Source of the DNA: Lama guanicoe
Lineage: Eukaryota
Reading direction: 5' to 3'
Assembly: GCA_013239625.1 (NCBI GenBank)
Contig: MU054338.1
Coordinates: 3,247,371 to 3,311,370, forward strand
Length of the DNA: 64,000 bases
The translations under genes were made by a program, and so were the position numbers. The notes under the pieces are model-generated. The model saw only the letters and a list, made by a program, of their open reading frames with translations, searched no databases and was not told the origin of the DNA. Every line of letters begins with the position of its first letter. The stretch's first letter is position 1. Shown here one piece after another: positions 39,065 to 51,900 of the stretch.

Positions 39065-39230
39065 GTAAGGCTAGTGGTTAGAACCCAGCTCTCCAGTTGG
39101 GCTCCCCCCCACCGTTGCTAGCTGTGTGATCGCTGCCCTGTGCCTCAGTTTTCTCATCTGTGAAATGGGCTGTGATTGCATAACCTACTTCCTACGGTTT
39201 GGGGGTCTGATCAGACATGCCAGGTACTTA
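39065..39230. mobile_element. MIR SINE fragment
   Basis: Core motif GCCTCAGTTTTCTCATCTGTGAAATGGG. Confidence 0.7.
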
Positions 39231-41361
39231 GGGCTGGGCCCACATGTGGGTTACCTATGCCCCCATCATTGGCCTGTTTATCCACATTGCTCATCCCTGA
39301 TCCTCACTCTAGTTCTCAGGGAAGCCCCAGGTAAGCTCTGGGAGGAGGATGCTCTTTGGGGAGGTCAGGGAACCTGTCCAGAGACCCCAGGACTGTGGGT
39401 GAGGGGTAGGATCCCCTGAGGGCCCAGAACGAGTGTACCTCTGTGTCGTCTGGCCCTGCCTGCGCAGGCATCCCACAAAATTACGAGGCACATTTGCAGA
39501 GAAGTAGGAAGCTGATTGTGTTAATGATTATGGTTTTAAACGGTTTGTTATGGCACATCTAGGGGCTGTGCGATCGAGTGAAGTCTGCACTGGTGTCTTG
39601 CGTGTCTGCTGGGGTGGCCTCCTGGCTGGGTGGGGGTAGGCAGTGAGCTTGCTGGGCGCCCCTCCAAGGCCCTGGCACCTGCCCCCATCTCCATGTGGCT
39701 CCAGCCCCTTGCTCTGGGCTGGGGGCCAGAGGGACAGGTGGCCTTCACCCAGGCTGCTTCCCTGACCCTGCCAAGCCTTGTAAAGATGTAAGTGGGCTGG
39801 CAGGCCCTGGTCTTGTCCACGACGCTCCGAAGGCAGGTGCTGGCAGCCTCCTGGGCTCCCTGGCCTTTCACCCAAGTGCTTCCTTTTATTTTTATCTTTC
39901 CAGTCCGAAAGCTTCCTTTCTATTTCTTTTTCTTTAATAAAACTTCTTGGAGACGTACTTTGAGATGTACGAAAGAGTGGCAGGAATGGCAGGAAGAATT
40001 CCCAACCACGATTCAGCCAGTTCCCGAGGAATCAGCCTCTCGCCGCGCCTGCTTTGACCCCCTCCCTGTGCTTGTCCTCTGCCTGCGCGGCGCGCTTTCT
40101 CCTGGCAGGGTCCTGACAGGTGCTCCTTGACCTCTGGGCGCTTCAGTGTTCGTTCTTCCCGAACTTGGGATTCTCTTACCAAATTATCAAAATCAGGAAG
40201 TTATTTCTTAAAATTCTCAGAGGGGAATCCAGGCTCACCCGTTGTGTTCAGTCATCATGTTGCTTTAGTTTCTTTTAATCTGGATCAGTTCCCAAGTCAG
40301 GACCCCTTCGAGCTCATGACCTGGATGCTGGAAGAGGACAGGCCCGTTATTCTGTGGGGCGTTGCCCAGTGTGGCTTTGTCCGATGGTCCTCACACGTCC
40401 GGCAGGAACATCCCCGAAGCCATCTCATGTCTTTCTGGGTGCATCCTACCTGGAGCCCATTTCCGGTGACGTCAGCCTCGCCTGCTTGGTTAAGCGGGTG
40501 TCTGCCAGGTTTCTCCACCACGGAGTTACAGTTTTACCATTGCAATTGGTAAGCGTCTTATGGGAGGGGCTCAGAGACCGTGTAAACACCCTGTTGCTCC
40601 TCCAACATTCAGTGTTTGTTTGAATGGCCATTGCTGATTCTTGCCAAGTGGTGATTGTCTAATTCCGTCATTCCTGCTACATTTATTGGTTGGCTCTTTA
40701 CCATGAGAAATAGCTGTCTCTCCTTCCCTGTTTGTTTACATCAGGGAGGCTGCACGGATCCTGACCTGATTCAGCAGGTTGTAATCCACTGCTCCGATGG
40801 TCCCAGACTTATCTAGAGGTACAGCTCCATCACGCTGGCTCCTTGTGTCCCTTTGGCACTTCCCTACTTTTGGGCACAGTGAGGCGTTCCAGGCCTGTCC
40901 CGCACCTCCCGCCCCAGCTCTGGGATTGACCACTTCTCCAAGGAGCCCTGGTTCTGCTTGTGGACAGTGTCATTTAGAAACCAAGAACTGGGAGTTCAGT
41001 GTGCTCACTGCCCAGGGGGCGCCTTTGCTCCCATCCCCTCTTGTCTGGGAAGTAGGTGTGTAAATGAATATACATGTTTATACATTAGTATGTCTGTGTC
41101 TACATAAATCAGACAGACACACAGACATCTGTGTCCATTTCTGCTGCCCACGAGTGCCCATGAGCTCACATTGACACCTGCGCTTCCAGCCCCTCAACTG
41201 GGTTCCTTGCCGGCCTCACCTTTTCTTTTCTGTACCTCCTCTCTGCGAGGGAGAACCCTGCATCACCTACAGTAAAGGAAGCCTCTGGAGTAAGTCAGTA
41301 TTGTTGTGTTTTATCTCAAAGGTGTATAGTTCCAAAGCTATGTTTAAAAGTGACATGGTTT

Positions 41362-41493
41362 GTGGGGAATAGTCATTGATAGAGTGTGTGCTTAGCATGC
41401 ACGAGGTCCTGGGTTCAATCCCCAGTACCTCTATTTAAACAAACAAACAAACTTTCCCCCCTCAAAAAAAAAGTTAAAAAAATTAAAGTTAAA
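41362..41493 (+). mobile_element. tRNA-derived SINE (Vic-1-like)
   Basis: GCTTAGCATGCACGAGGTCCTGGGTTCAATCCCCAGTACCTC; TSD AAAAGTGACATGG at 41346-41358 and 41494-41506. Confidence 0.88.
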
Positions 41494-42259
41494 AAAAGTG
41501 ACATGGATTAATTCTTCCTTTTCTTTTCCTCTTTATTGTGGTTATATTATTGACTTGAAATATGGTTTGCTTTGTTTCCGTTTGTATTTCATGGTAAGAT
41601 TCCCCTCCCAACTCTTGCGAGTTTCACTCATCCCCGCATTCATTCAGTGCGTGGGACATTAGCCCCGTTCCAGGGTCAGAAAGGTGTCTGGAGAGGAGTG
41701 TGATCAGCCCCCCTTCCCATTCCCACCGCGTCCTGCAGGGAGCCATCTCGCTCTGTGTCTCAGAAGAGCAGACATGCGAATTTTCTTATGTCCACACCTC
41801 ACATGACAGGTGGCGCAGCCGGGATCACTCTTGCACTTAGCTCTTGTCCCTGCGCAGCGCGTCCTGGAAACTGCTTCATCCACCCTTCTGCACAGCTGGG
41901 TGGCGTGCACTGAGGGGCGCAGCACACTTAACTCACCCTCTTCTCCCAGTGGGCATTGCGGTTGTTCCCAGCATCCTGCAGGTACGTGCGGTGCTGCCAT
42001 GAGTATCCTGGTGGAGAGGTGCCTTCATATTCTTGGAAGACCATCTTCAAGGTCGATTTCCAGAGGTGGGATCGCTGAGTCAGAAGATAAGTGCAAAATG
42101 TGTTCTGTTAGTTTTTGCCACGTCGGTCCAGGAGGTGGAATAGGTTTGCTTCCAGCAAAGCAAGAGGGCCTGGGCTCCCATTCTCACCAGCAGGGGGCGC
42201 TGTTCTAGTAAACCATTTCCTGGGGGATGCGTGAGAACTGGGATCTCAGTGTAGTGTTT

Positions 42260-42417
42260 ATTTTTGTCCCCCGGCTTTATTTATTTATATGTTTATTTTG
42301 TGGGGGAGGTAATTAGGTTTATTTAGTTATTATTTTTAGTGGAAGTACTGGGGATTGAACCCAGGACCTCGTGCATGCTAAGCACCCACTCTACCATTGA
42401 GCTACACCCTCCTCCCC
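42260..42417 (-). mobile_element. tRNA-derived SINE (Vic-1-like)
   Basis: Family body; TSD core CTCAGTGTAGT at 42245-42255 and 42418-42428. Confidence 0.88.
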
Positions 42418-43789
42418 CTCAGTGTAGTTTTAATGAATGTTTCTGAAAGTTTGAGCGTGGCTGAGCATCATTTCATAGGTGAAGGGCCAGCTTTATAGCT
42501 TTTCTGTGAATTGTTCATGCTTTTTACCCTCTTTTCAGTTGGATTTTTGACCTTTCCCTCTAGTTTTTCAAACTTTAATGTGTATTAGGGAAATGAGCCC
42601 TCTGTAGCATGTATTACAAATATTTCCTCTCGGTTTCCTGGCTGCATTTTGACTTTTTTAATGGTATTTTTTAAAATTGATAAAGTCAAATTTATGAATC
42701 TTTTCTTCTATTGCCTCTGGATTTTGAGCCATGGTCGGAAAGCCGTTTCCTACACGAGGTTTCCCACATGTTTGCTGCCAGTGCCCCAGTGGTTGCGTCC
42801 TCACGTGTAGACCCCTTGTTCATTTGTAGCTCGTTCTTGGGAGTGGTGGGAGGTATGGACCTGACTTTACCTTTGCCCAAATGGCAGCACACCTGTCCCA
42901 GCCCCACGGATGAAATTCCACCCTTACCCCGTGCTTGAGATGCTGCCTTTGTCTCCCCACCCCAATCTGTGGTCCCCCAGCCCCTGTAAGAGGTCACCCT
43001 CTGGAAAGACACTTGCACGCACCTTCCTTTCCAGTGTGGCAAGTGTGTGCCATGTGCCCTGCAGGACTTGGCATGTGGCTTTGGGGCGGCTCAGGTTCAT
43101 GAGATCTAGCTGGAACCTTCCCGTCCCTGCGCTCCCTCAGAAGTCTGTTTAGCCTCCACCCCTGCCGCCTGCCTTTCCTACTCCCGACCCTGCAGCGGCT
43201 GGTCCTATAGAGAAGTCGGAGTAGGTGGGTGGGCTGTGTCCGGGCATAAAGGGCTAGGAGAGGCTGGCTGGAAGAGGGCGAGTGGTGTTTTAAAGTTGCC
43301 CTTGGGAGAGGTCCTGCATGGCCCCTGCATCATCGGATCCGCCTTCCTTGCCTGGTGAGGCTCTTAAACGAGGAGCCCTGACGGCTGCCGTTTGTGAGGG
43401 TTTACCGGGTGCCAGGGCCCCCTTCGCTCGCTTCCGTCTGTTGCCTGGTTTAACCTCCCACCCCCATGAGCAGGGCGTTAATACGCGATCCCCACTTGAC
43501 AGATAGGGGACCTGAGACCCAGAGATGAGGGACTTGCCCCAGGTCACGTGGCTGGGCTGGGACCAGGCCTCCCGGGGCCTCCAGAGGGCAGAGAAGGGCG
43601 TGCCCGGCGCGGCAGAGTCACCGGGGCCATTGGTGAGGTTCTTCTACCTCTGGAGTGGGCTCGGAGGCCGCTCTGGGGCTTGTCCTCTTCTGCCCCTTGC
43701 CCCGCCGCTGGGACGTCGAGCACCTCCTCGGGGGCTTGCTGACCGCTTGGCTATCTCCTTCCAGGAAATGTCCCCCAGACCCTTCAGCC

Positions 43790-44420
43790 GCGTGTGAATG
43801 AGGTTATTCGTCTTTCTGTTGTTAAATTGTGAAAGGCCTTTGTATATTCTGGTACAAGCCCCTTAGGGGGTCTGAGGTTTGTAACCCCCCGATCCTGTGG
43901 GTAGTCTTCACTTTCTTGATCACGTCCTTTGTGCTTATAGTGGCGTATCTAGAAACCGTGCCTAATCCCAGGTTACAAAGATGGATTCATGTGTTTTCTT
44001 CTCAGAGTTTTTGAGTATTATCTGTAACATTTAGACCTATGATCCATTTTGAATTCATTTCAGTCTGTGGTGTGAGGCAGGGGTCCAGCTTCATTCTTTT
44101 TGCACGTGGACATCCAGTTGTCCCTGCACAGTTTGTTGAAAAGACTTGGCAACCTTGTTGAAAATTAGCCGACTTTTTGGGGCTGAAATGATCTCAACCT
44201 ATTCTCAAACTCTCTGGGTAAGAAGCCCGGCTCGCTGGCTTGGAGCCGGGCCGTGATGCAGTTTTATCCGGTCAAGTGAATAATTAGAGAGGTCTTGGGG
44301 CCAAAAATCAGCCAACTTTAAACGTACAGATTAACTTCTGGACTGTCCACTCTCTTCCGTTGAACTCTCTGTCCATCCTTCGGCCAGGACCACACTGTCT
44401 TGATTACTGTAGCTCTGTCA
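43790..44420 (-). mobile_element. Old L1 ORF2 fragment hosting the 28S insertion
   Basis: TATGATCCATTTTGA, CATCCAGTTGTCCC...GTTTGTTGAAAAGAC, CACACTGTCTTGATTACTGTAGCT; reads continuously across the insertion. Confidence 0.8.
44177..44303 (+). pseudogene. Circularly permuted 28S rRNA fragment (tailless retropseudogene)
   Basis: GATCTCAACCTATTCTCAAAC, GGGTAAGAAGCCCGGCTCGCTGGC and GCAGTTTTATCCGGT are 28S rRNA sequence; flanked by 16-nt direct repeats at 44161-44176 and 44304-44319. Confidence 0.9.
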
Positions 44421-45597
44421 CCCTGAGTTATTTTATATCCAGTCTCTGGGCTGGAGGTTAAGGAAAAATGATGCGGTTCTTACGTATCTGTGTAACAAGA
44501 TCAGAGCCTTCTTAGCTGACAAGACCAGACAACCCCGGGGCACCCGCCACCCTCTTAGCTGAGCCATCGCCACTTTAGTAGTTAGATTTTGGTGTCCATG
44601 AGGATGTGGAGGATTTGGTGAGATATTTGTAAATGAGAGACTCTTTTTCCAGTATGGAAAGCCTGATGAAAATGTCAGCTTTTCAGTTCTTTCAGACTTG
44701 AATTGAAGCCTCTGAAACTTGCATTCAGCTGATTGGGTCTTTAATCGGCCTGAAAGTGGAGTGCAGGGTGGCATCAACTTGCTTTTTCTTTTCTTGTCCG
44801 TTTGGCTCTTTTGACAACCAGACTCCCCTCTTCCAGCCAAAACCCACTGTGGAGTGCTTCAGAGGACGGAGCTAGAGGGTTTTTTTTGTTTTGTTTTGTT
44901 TTAGTTTTAGTTTTTCGCTTTTAATATTTTATTTTGAAATAATTTTAGAGGCATTGAAATCTTATAAAGGCAGGACAGAGAGTCCCCGTGTACCTTTCGG
45001 CCACCATCCCCTGGCGTTAGCACCTACTATAGCTGCAGAAGCGGGAGCCAGAGTCGGTGAGGAAAGTGGAGTAATAATAGTTGCAGGTTTTAGTAGGGTT
45101 CCACCAGTTGTCCCCCTCACGTCCTGTTGCTGCCTCAGGACCCCATCCCGGACCCCACAGTGAGGTTAGGCATCAGGCTCCATAGACTTCTCGGGGAGTG
45201 GGTTCGGTAGTGAGGCCATTTCTCAGTCTTTCTTGCCTGTCATGACCTTGACACTCTGGGGAACGCTGGTCGCTGGTCAGGGACTTTGTAGCATCCTTCA
45301 CCTGGGCTTTGTGTCTCACGGTTACACGAAGGTGATGCACTTGGGAGATGTGTCCTCTGTACAGACAGCTGCCAAGTGGTCTCTTCACCGGTGGGGTCAG
45401 CCTTCACCCTGGGTTTAAGGTGGTGCCGGCCAGGAGTCTCCGCTGGAAGGTTACAGCTCCCCCCCCCTGCCCAGGACCTTGAGACAGTGCACCCAGTGCC
45501 TCCTCCAGCGTCTCCCGTGGGTTTCAGCGTCCGCCCTGAAGTTTTCCTGCAGCAGCGGTTGATTACTGTGGCGTTCTTACAGTGCATTCATGTTTTT

Positions 45598-45686
45598 CAT
45601 TTAATTAATTAACTGATTAATGGTACTGGGGGTTGAACCCAGGATCTCATGTGTGCATGTGCTGTCTCGGAGCTAGACCCGCCCCC
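45598..45686 (-). mobile_element. tRNA-derived SINE (Vic-1-like), degenerate
   Basis: GGTACTGGGGGTTGAACCCAGGATCTC; flanks GTGCATT(C/A)ATGTT on both sides. Confidence 0.7.
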
Positions 45687-48367
45687 ATGGTGCATTAATG
45701 TTGCCTTCACTCCTCCTGCGTTTGTGAATTAGAATTCCTTCATAGAAGATAGTGATCCCTTCTCCCCCGTTTATAGTACCTTTTGAATTTCATGCCAGTA
45801 AAGACTGCTCGGCCAGTGGGTGCATGTTTACTGTATTCTATGGGTTTACTGTGTTCAGTAATCTGGGACTGTCACTGTTGGTCTTGTTGCCCAAGCTGTC
45901 CCCGCTTTGTTTGTCAGGCGCCCCTTCCCTGGGCTCCTGTCCCTCCTGGGTGTCCCTGTCTTCTCTGAGTGGTTCCTTCTTCCCCGCTCCCACGAGGGGC
46001 TCCTGCTCACCTGTGTGCTCCCTGCCCTGGCCCTGCAACTGACTGCTTCTCCAGGGAGCCCTGGTTCCTGGGGTTGGAGAAAGATGTTTAAAAGCCAAGA
46101 TCTGCAAGCCGATGTGTTCAGGGCAGGGGTGCCTGACTTCCCTGGCCTGTTGGTCAACCCAACCTGGAACCGGGAATGCCAGTCTGTGCACACAGAACAT
46201 CTGTATTTATTCATGTACCTTTCTGTCTGTATTTTTCAAAAACCCATGCATTCATGCTGATGGGATGATGGAGGCTCTGGGTGGCCTCCCTGCTCCACGA
46301 GGGGGCACACAGAGCCCCTGCAGGCTGGGCTGGGCGGCAGGAAGCACCGGGCCCATTTTTAGAGCCTCTTGGGGCTTGTGGCCGAGGGAGGACCAGGCCA
46401 GGTGGGGCGCTGAGCCCTCCTGGGTCAGGTCAGGCATGTGCCTTGAGGGCTCCCCTCCTTTTTGGGTAGATCGCAGGCCGAGCTCCAGGACCACCATGGG
46501 CAGTGTGGGTGGTGTGGGTGGACCCATCCTGAGGGCCAGCCTGGGGTGGGGAAGCCACACCACGGGGTCTCCAGAGATGCCAGCAGCCGGTGGCGGTTCC
46601 TGGTGCCTCAGTGTGTAGGGACAGCTGGCTCATCCCCTGTTCCTACTGTTTCTTCCTGGTCCCACCTGCCTGCCCTTTGCAGACGGGAGGAGGAGGAGGA
46701 GGTGGAGGAGCTGGGGTAATGACACCATCAGAGCGTCAGATGGCGCCTTTTTAAAGGAGACACATTTGGACTGTGCCTTTGGGGGTGGCTGTGTCTGAGG
46801 CCCTGGGTCGCCTTTCACCTGCTGCTGCATCTGGTTTCCCCTCTCAAGTTCTGTTCTCAGTGCCCGGCTTTCCCAGGACCCACAGCCAGGCCAGCCCTGG
46901 GCCCTGCCAGCCTGGGCAGCGGGAGGCACCAGCCCCAGCCTGCCTGGGCCTTTCTGTTTTGTTTTCCTTTTTAAAATTACTTAGACTGTATCTGTCTTTG
47001 TAATTTTTAAAATGGAAGTGTAGTGGATTTACAGTGTCTCAGTTATACATGTATGTGTACGTCTGTTCTTTTTCAGGTATTTTCCCATTACCGGTTGTTA
47101 CAAGATGTTGACTGTAGGTCCCTGTGCTGTGCAGTCGGTCTTTGTTGTTTATCTATTTACATATAGCAGTGTGTAGACTTCCTTTTTAAACAGTTTTAGG
47201 TTTGTGGAGAAATTGAGGCTAGGAGGGAGAGTTCCCTGGACCCTCCACATGACACCCAGTCTCTCGTTGCTACAGTTCACACGAGGCTGGAACGTTTGTT
47301 GCAGTTAATGAGCCAGTGTGGAAGCGTTCTTGTCAGCTGGAGTCCTGCTTCATTCAGTTTGCCTTGTTTTTCCCCGGTGTCCTCTTCTGTCCCAGGACCC
47401 CGTCCAGGACCTGCGTGACATCCAGGCGTCACGTCTCCTCAGGCCCCTCTGGGCTGTGACAGGTTCTCAGACGTTCCTTGTTCCTGATGCCCTTGACGGC
47501 TCTGAGCAGGACTGAGGTCAGGGCTTCCGTAGCATTTCCCTCTGTGGGAATTTGTCTGGTGCTTTTCTCATGGCTGGACTGGGCGCTGGGTGCCGGGCGC
47601 TGGGCGCTGGGAGGAGGAGCACACGTGAGGGGCCGTCCCATCCATTGTATTGGGGTGCCTGCTGCCAACATGCCGCGTCACTGCTGACGTTGACCTTGGT
47701 CCCCTGGCTGAGGTTGTTGTTGGTCAGGTGTCTCTACCATAAAGTCCCGCCTCCCCTCTTCCCACGCTGTCCCCTTTGGGAGGAAGTCACTGTGCCCAAC
47801 CCACACTTTAGGGCCCTCTGATCCCTCAGCCCTGGCTGCCCTGGGCTGAGTGTGTTGTGGCCAGGAAGGAGGCCAGGCCCCCAATCTCTCAGGGCCTCCA
47901 AGGTGGTGACAGGTGGCCATGGGGAGTCCTCAGCCCTTGTAGGAGCAGGGGCGGCAGGCAAGCCTAGCCCCATGTGGCCATAGGCCTTGCCTTGGGCTGT
48001 AACCTGTGAACTGGGCCTTGACCTCAGCCTGAGCTTCCCGCCTCCTATCTTGGGGGTCGGTGCTGTCACCCACAGAGCAGGAGGGCGGGAGGACCCACGG
48101 TCTTGGTGGCCCTGCAGTTATGGGCAGCAGCAGACTGGGGTCTGTCTGGCTGAGGACCAGAGGCTTGGGTGGTCTCTGCCTTACAGACCATGTGCCACGA
48201 GGTAGTCCATCATCCATCTGGGGAGACAGCGTGCAGAGGGGCCATTACCAGTGACAAGGGAGCCACGTGAGTGAAAGACGGACTGGCAGTTCTCTGCAGA
48301 GAGGCCCGCGGGTGGTGGGGCGAGAAGACCTGTCTTCTCCCATCAGGGAGGCACACATTGAAGCCGC

Positions 48368-48820
48368 TGTGTCAGTCTCCCTTTGCTGCTGTGACAAATA
48401 ACCCCAGATGTAATGACTTCAAACAGTGAGCGTTTATCATCTCACTGCTCTGGAGGCCAGGAGTCCTCCCCGGGTCTCACTGGGCTGGAGTCAGGGCGTG
48501 GGCAGGGCTGGTCCCTCTGGAGTCTCCAGGGAGAATGTTCCTGCCTTTTCCCGCTTCTAGAGGTGCCGCATCCCTGGCTGGTGGCCCTTCCTACCTCTTC
48601 AGAGAGCTTCGCTCTGACCTCGGCCTCTGTCATCCGCTCTCCTCTGACCGTCCCGCCTCCCTCTTAAGAGAACCCTTGTGATGACACTGGACCCCTGATA
48701 ACCCAGGATCATCTTCCGTCTCAAGCGCCTCAACTTAGTCCTACCTGCAGTCTCTCTTGCACAGAAGAGCGCGAAGTCACAGCGTCCGGGGATTGGGACA
48801 GGGGCCGTCATGCCACCAGC
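48368..48820 (-). mobile_element. MLT1-type MaLR LTR
   Basis: GCTGCTGTGACAAAT...CTCACTGCTCTGGAGGCCAG...GCTTCTAGAGG. Confidence 0.7.
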
Positions 48821-49900
48821 CGCAGCTCTGGGAGCCATGCCGGTAGTCACATCCCAGGCTTCAGCTCTCGTTGCTGTCCGGTGCTGGCGGGGCTGGGCGG
48901 GGCTGAGGCGCTCTTGGGGTCCACATTGCCATGGGCGGCTTAGCCAGTCCAGAGGGCAAGGCCAGTGCCTGCGGTCCAGAAATCCCACAACTCGGTGTGG
49001 CCTTTCAGCCCATGGATTGTGACCCATTGGAAGACAGTGAAATCAACCTAATGGGTCGTCCCCAGCAGTGAAAAAAAAAAAAAGGTTAAAATAAGATAGA
49101 ACATGTCAGCACATCATGCCTGTTGAAAGGGTATTTGTGAAAACTGTGCTATTCTGAGCTCCTGGTGAGTTGGAGAGAGAAAGTGTGTGAGACCAGGTTC
49201 CACACCCCCAGGGCCAAGCTGCCCTGCCCAGAAGGTCGGCGCCCCATGACCAGGCCAGCCTCAGACGGCACGCGCGAAGGCACAGAGGCGGGGAGGGCCC
49301 GGCAGACCCCGAGCCATCGGGAGCTTAGGAATCTGGGAGGTGGGGGTGGGGAAGGCAGGTGCCCAGGTGGTCAGGGGCCCTGGGGCCACATCAGCTTTCG
49401 AGTTTTGTCCTGCATCCATTCAGCAAGTGTTCCCGAGCCCAGCTGTGAAGGCCGTGGTCAGGGCCCTGCCCTCCATGGGGTCCCGGCCGCACGGTGCCTG
49501 CCGGGCCCTGCCCTGTGCTCCCTGCCCTCTGGGGGCCTAGGTGGCGGTCACTGGACGGCTGTCCTCCTTGGAGGGACACCTTCCCTGCCTGCTGGTTAGG
49601 AGGAGGCAGAACTTCTTGTAAACCTCCCGGTAGTGCCTGTCCCTGAAGGTTTCCAAAAGCTCCTTTGGTCTAACGTGATTGTTCACGGAGGCTCTTGCTT
49701 CCTCAGCCCCTGATTTTTAGGAGCCGAGCTGGAAGTGGACTATCATGGGAAAGCTTCGGTGGGGAAGGCGCTCACGTTCCTGGAAAGTGGTGAAGGTCTG
49801 AAGGGTCTGAACAGAGGCAAGATGCCAGGAGCGTAATTCGGAGTTAAGCTGAAGCACCCAGTCCGTTTAGTTCATCATGCTTTTATTTTGCGCATTTTAG

Positions 49901-49999
49901 GAACCATTGCCATTGCTGGAGCCCGACAGAAAGCCCAGCCAGTTAGCAGAGCGTCTGTCTCCGCAGCCTCGCTACCCACTACGCACCAGGAACCTTGAA
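49901..49999 (+). other. KDM4B: KDM4B non-coding exon 2 (5' UTR)
   Basis: T-rich tract + ttttag|GAACCAT acceptor, GAA|gtaagt donor; resembles recalled human exon 2; no ATG; carries a TGA in frame with the downstream start codon. Confidence 0.75.
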
Positions 50000-51339
50000 G
50001 TAAGTGTGTGCACGAGCCCCTGGCCCCAGGTAGATGTGGCCTCTGGGGCTGCTGGAGAAGGTGGCCCCGTCGGTTCTAAGTTCCTGGGGTATCCGGTAGC
50101 CAGATGCCCCTAGAGGAGCTTGGACCCCTCTAGGTGGTTCTGCTGGACGTGCCTTCTTGGTGCATAGCTCTGTGTCTGCACTCTGGCCATCCCTTCCAGA
50201 AGCCCTGAGAAGCGTCGTGCGTCTTGGGGGACACCTGGATCGCCCAAGATGAGCTGCCATGTCTGGCTCATGGCTTGGGCCCTGGGCAGGCCTCCATTCT
50301 GGTTTCACCAAAGGACGTATCCACCCACAGCACGCCTCGCAGGAAGTGATGATGGGTCCCGGGAGGGAGGGAGGGTCTCTAAAGTTGAAGGATTATTTTC
50401 CAAATGCTCTAAGAATCCCATTGCCCAGCTGCTCCGGGTTTTTAGCTCCAGGGTATTGGCTGCCCCCGGTGGCCTGTGGAGGGCTGGCCGAGGGGAGAGG
50501 CTTGTGCTTAGGGCTGCCCTTGTTCGAAGCCTCCTCCCAAGGGCATGTAGCTAATGGGGCTGAGTCGGGTCTGGAATGTGGCCTTCCTTGTTCTGCCATG
50601 ACTTGGGCGCCCAGGAAATGAGCAGTGGAGCTCAGGTTACCCTTGAGAAGGGGTGGAGTGAAGGTTTAGCTCCTTAAAAGGTAGACTTCAGACATCTGGA
50701 TCTGGGGCCGGCAGACAGTGGCCCTTGGACCAGTTGGTCCACAGCCAAGGCCATTCATCTCAGCCTCCCACCTCACTGGTGGAATCCAGTGGTTGCAATA
50801 GAGGCCACGTGGCCTGCAAAGCTGACAACATGTGTTGTGTAGTCCTGCACAGAAGAGGGGGGTGGCCCTAGGCCCTGCTAGCTCATCATGATCTGGGGCT
50901 GGTGGACCTGGCCCTTGTCGACTGGTTTGGAAATGGTCACTGGTGACTGTGCATCCCAAAGCGTGGCTTCCCCCTTGCAGCTCATGCTTCCTTACAAGAC
51001 CATCAATTCCTGAAAACTTGGTTGTTCCCTTCGTACCCAGTCAGCAAGACCTACCCTGCGTACGGAGCCCGCCCCTCATGTTTCACTTTTTAGTAAACCT
51101 CGCAAGAGTGCCTGCTGTCTCCTGTGGTCAACCCATTTTATAGCTGGAGAGACTGCGCACCGGCTCTGCAAGGTGTGAGAATGTTCTCTGGGGGGAGTGT
51201 GGGAGACAGAAGTGAATGAGATCACAGGCTCCTCCTCCAAAGTCCTCGGGCGTTCATGGAGATCAGAGCGCGCATGACAAGCCGGGCGGGTTTACTGCGG
51301 CCTGGCAGGTCCTAAACAGGCTGTCCTGGACTTCATAAA

Positions 51340-51900
51340 AATTAATTTTTAGAGAGATATCATCCGTGTCCCATAATAGTCACACTTGATATAATTCGCT
51401 GGTTTTTAGTATGTTCACAGAGCTGTGCGCCATCACCATTAATTCCAGAACGTTGTTATCACCCCCGAAAGAACAGTGTACATTAAGCAGTCACCCCCCC
51501 TCCCCAGCCCCTTACAAACAGGAACCCAACCCACTCTCTGTCTCTGGGGACTGGCCTGTTCTGGGCGTTTCACATCCATGGAGTCACACACTGTGTGTCC
51601 TTCGGTGTCTGCTTCTCTCACTGAGCACCATGCTCTCAGGGTCTGTCCACATGGCAGCAGGTGTCAGGGCTGTTCTCCTTCCCTGGCCGAGTGATGCTCC
51701 TGTGTGTGGAGGGATACGGTGGCTGTATCCATCCACCTGTTGATGGCTCCTTGGCCGGTTTCCACTTCTGGGTTTTATGAATGGTGCTGCTGTGAACACT
51801 TGGGTATAAGTATCTCTGTGGACGTGTGTTTTGTCTGTCTTGGGCCGACACGTAGGGATGGAATTGCTGGGTCAGATGGTAACTCCATGCTTGCCTTTCC
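51340..51900 (-). mobile_element. Old L1 3' end (L1MB-like)
   Basis: GGTTTTTAGTATGTTCACAGAGCTGTGC, GGAATTGCTGGGTCAGATGGTAACTC. Confidence 0.72.

Noticed and set aside
44177..44303. Functional rRNA gene
   Set aside because: Only 127 nt, permuted, with CpG-decay substitutions and small indels, inside an intronic L1.
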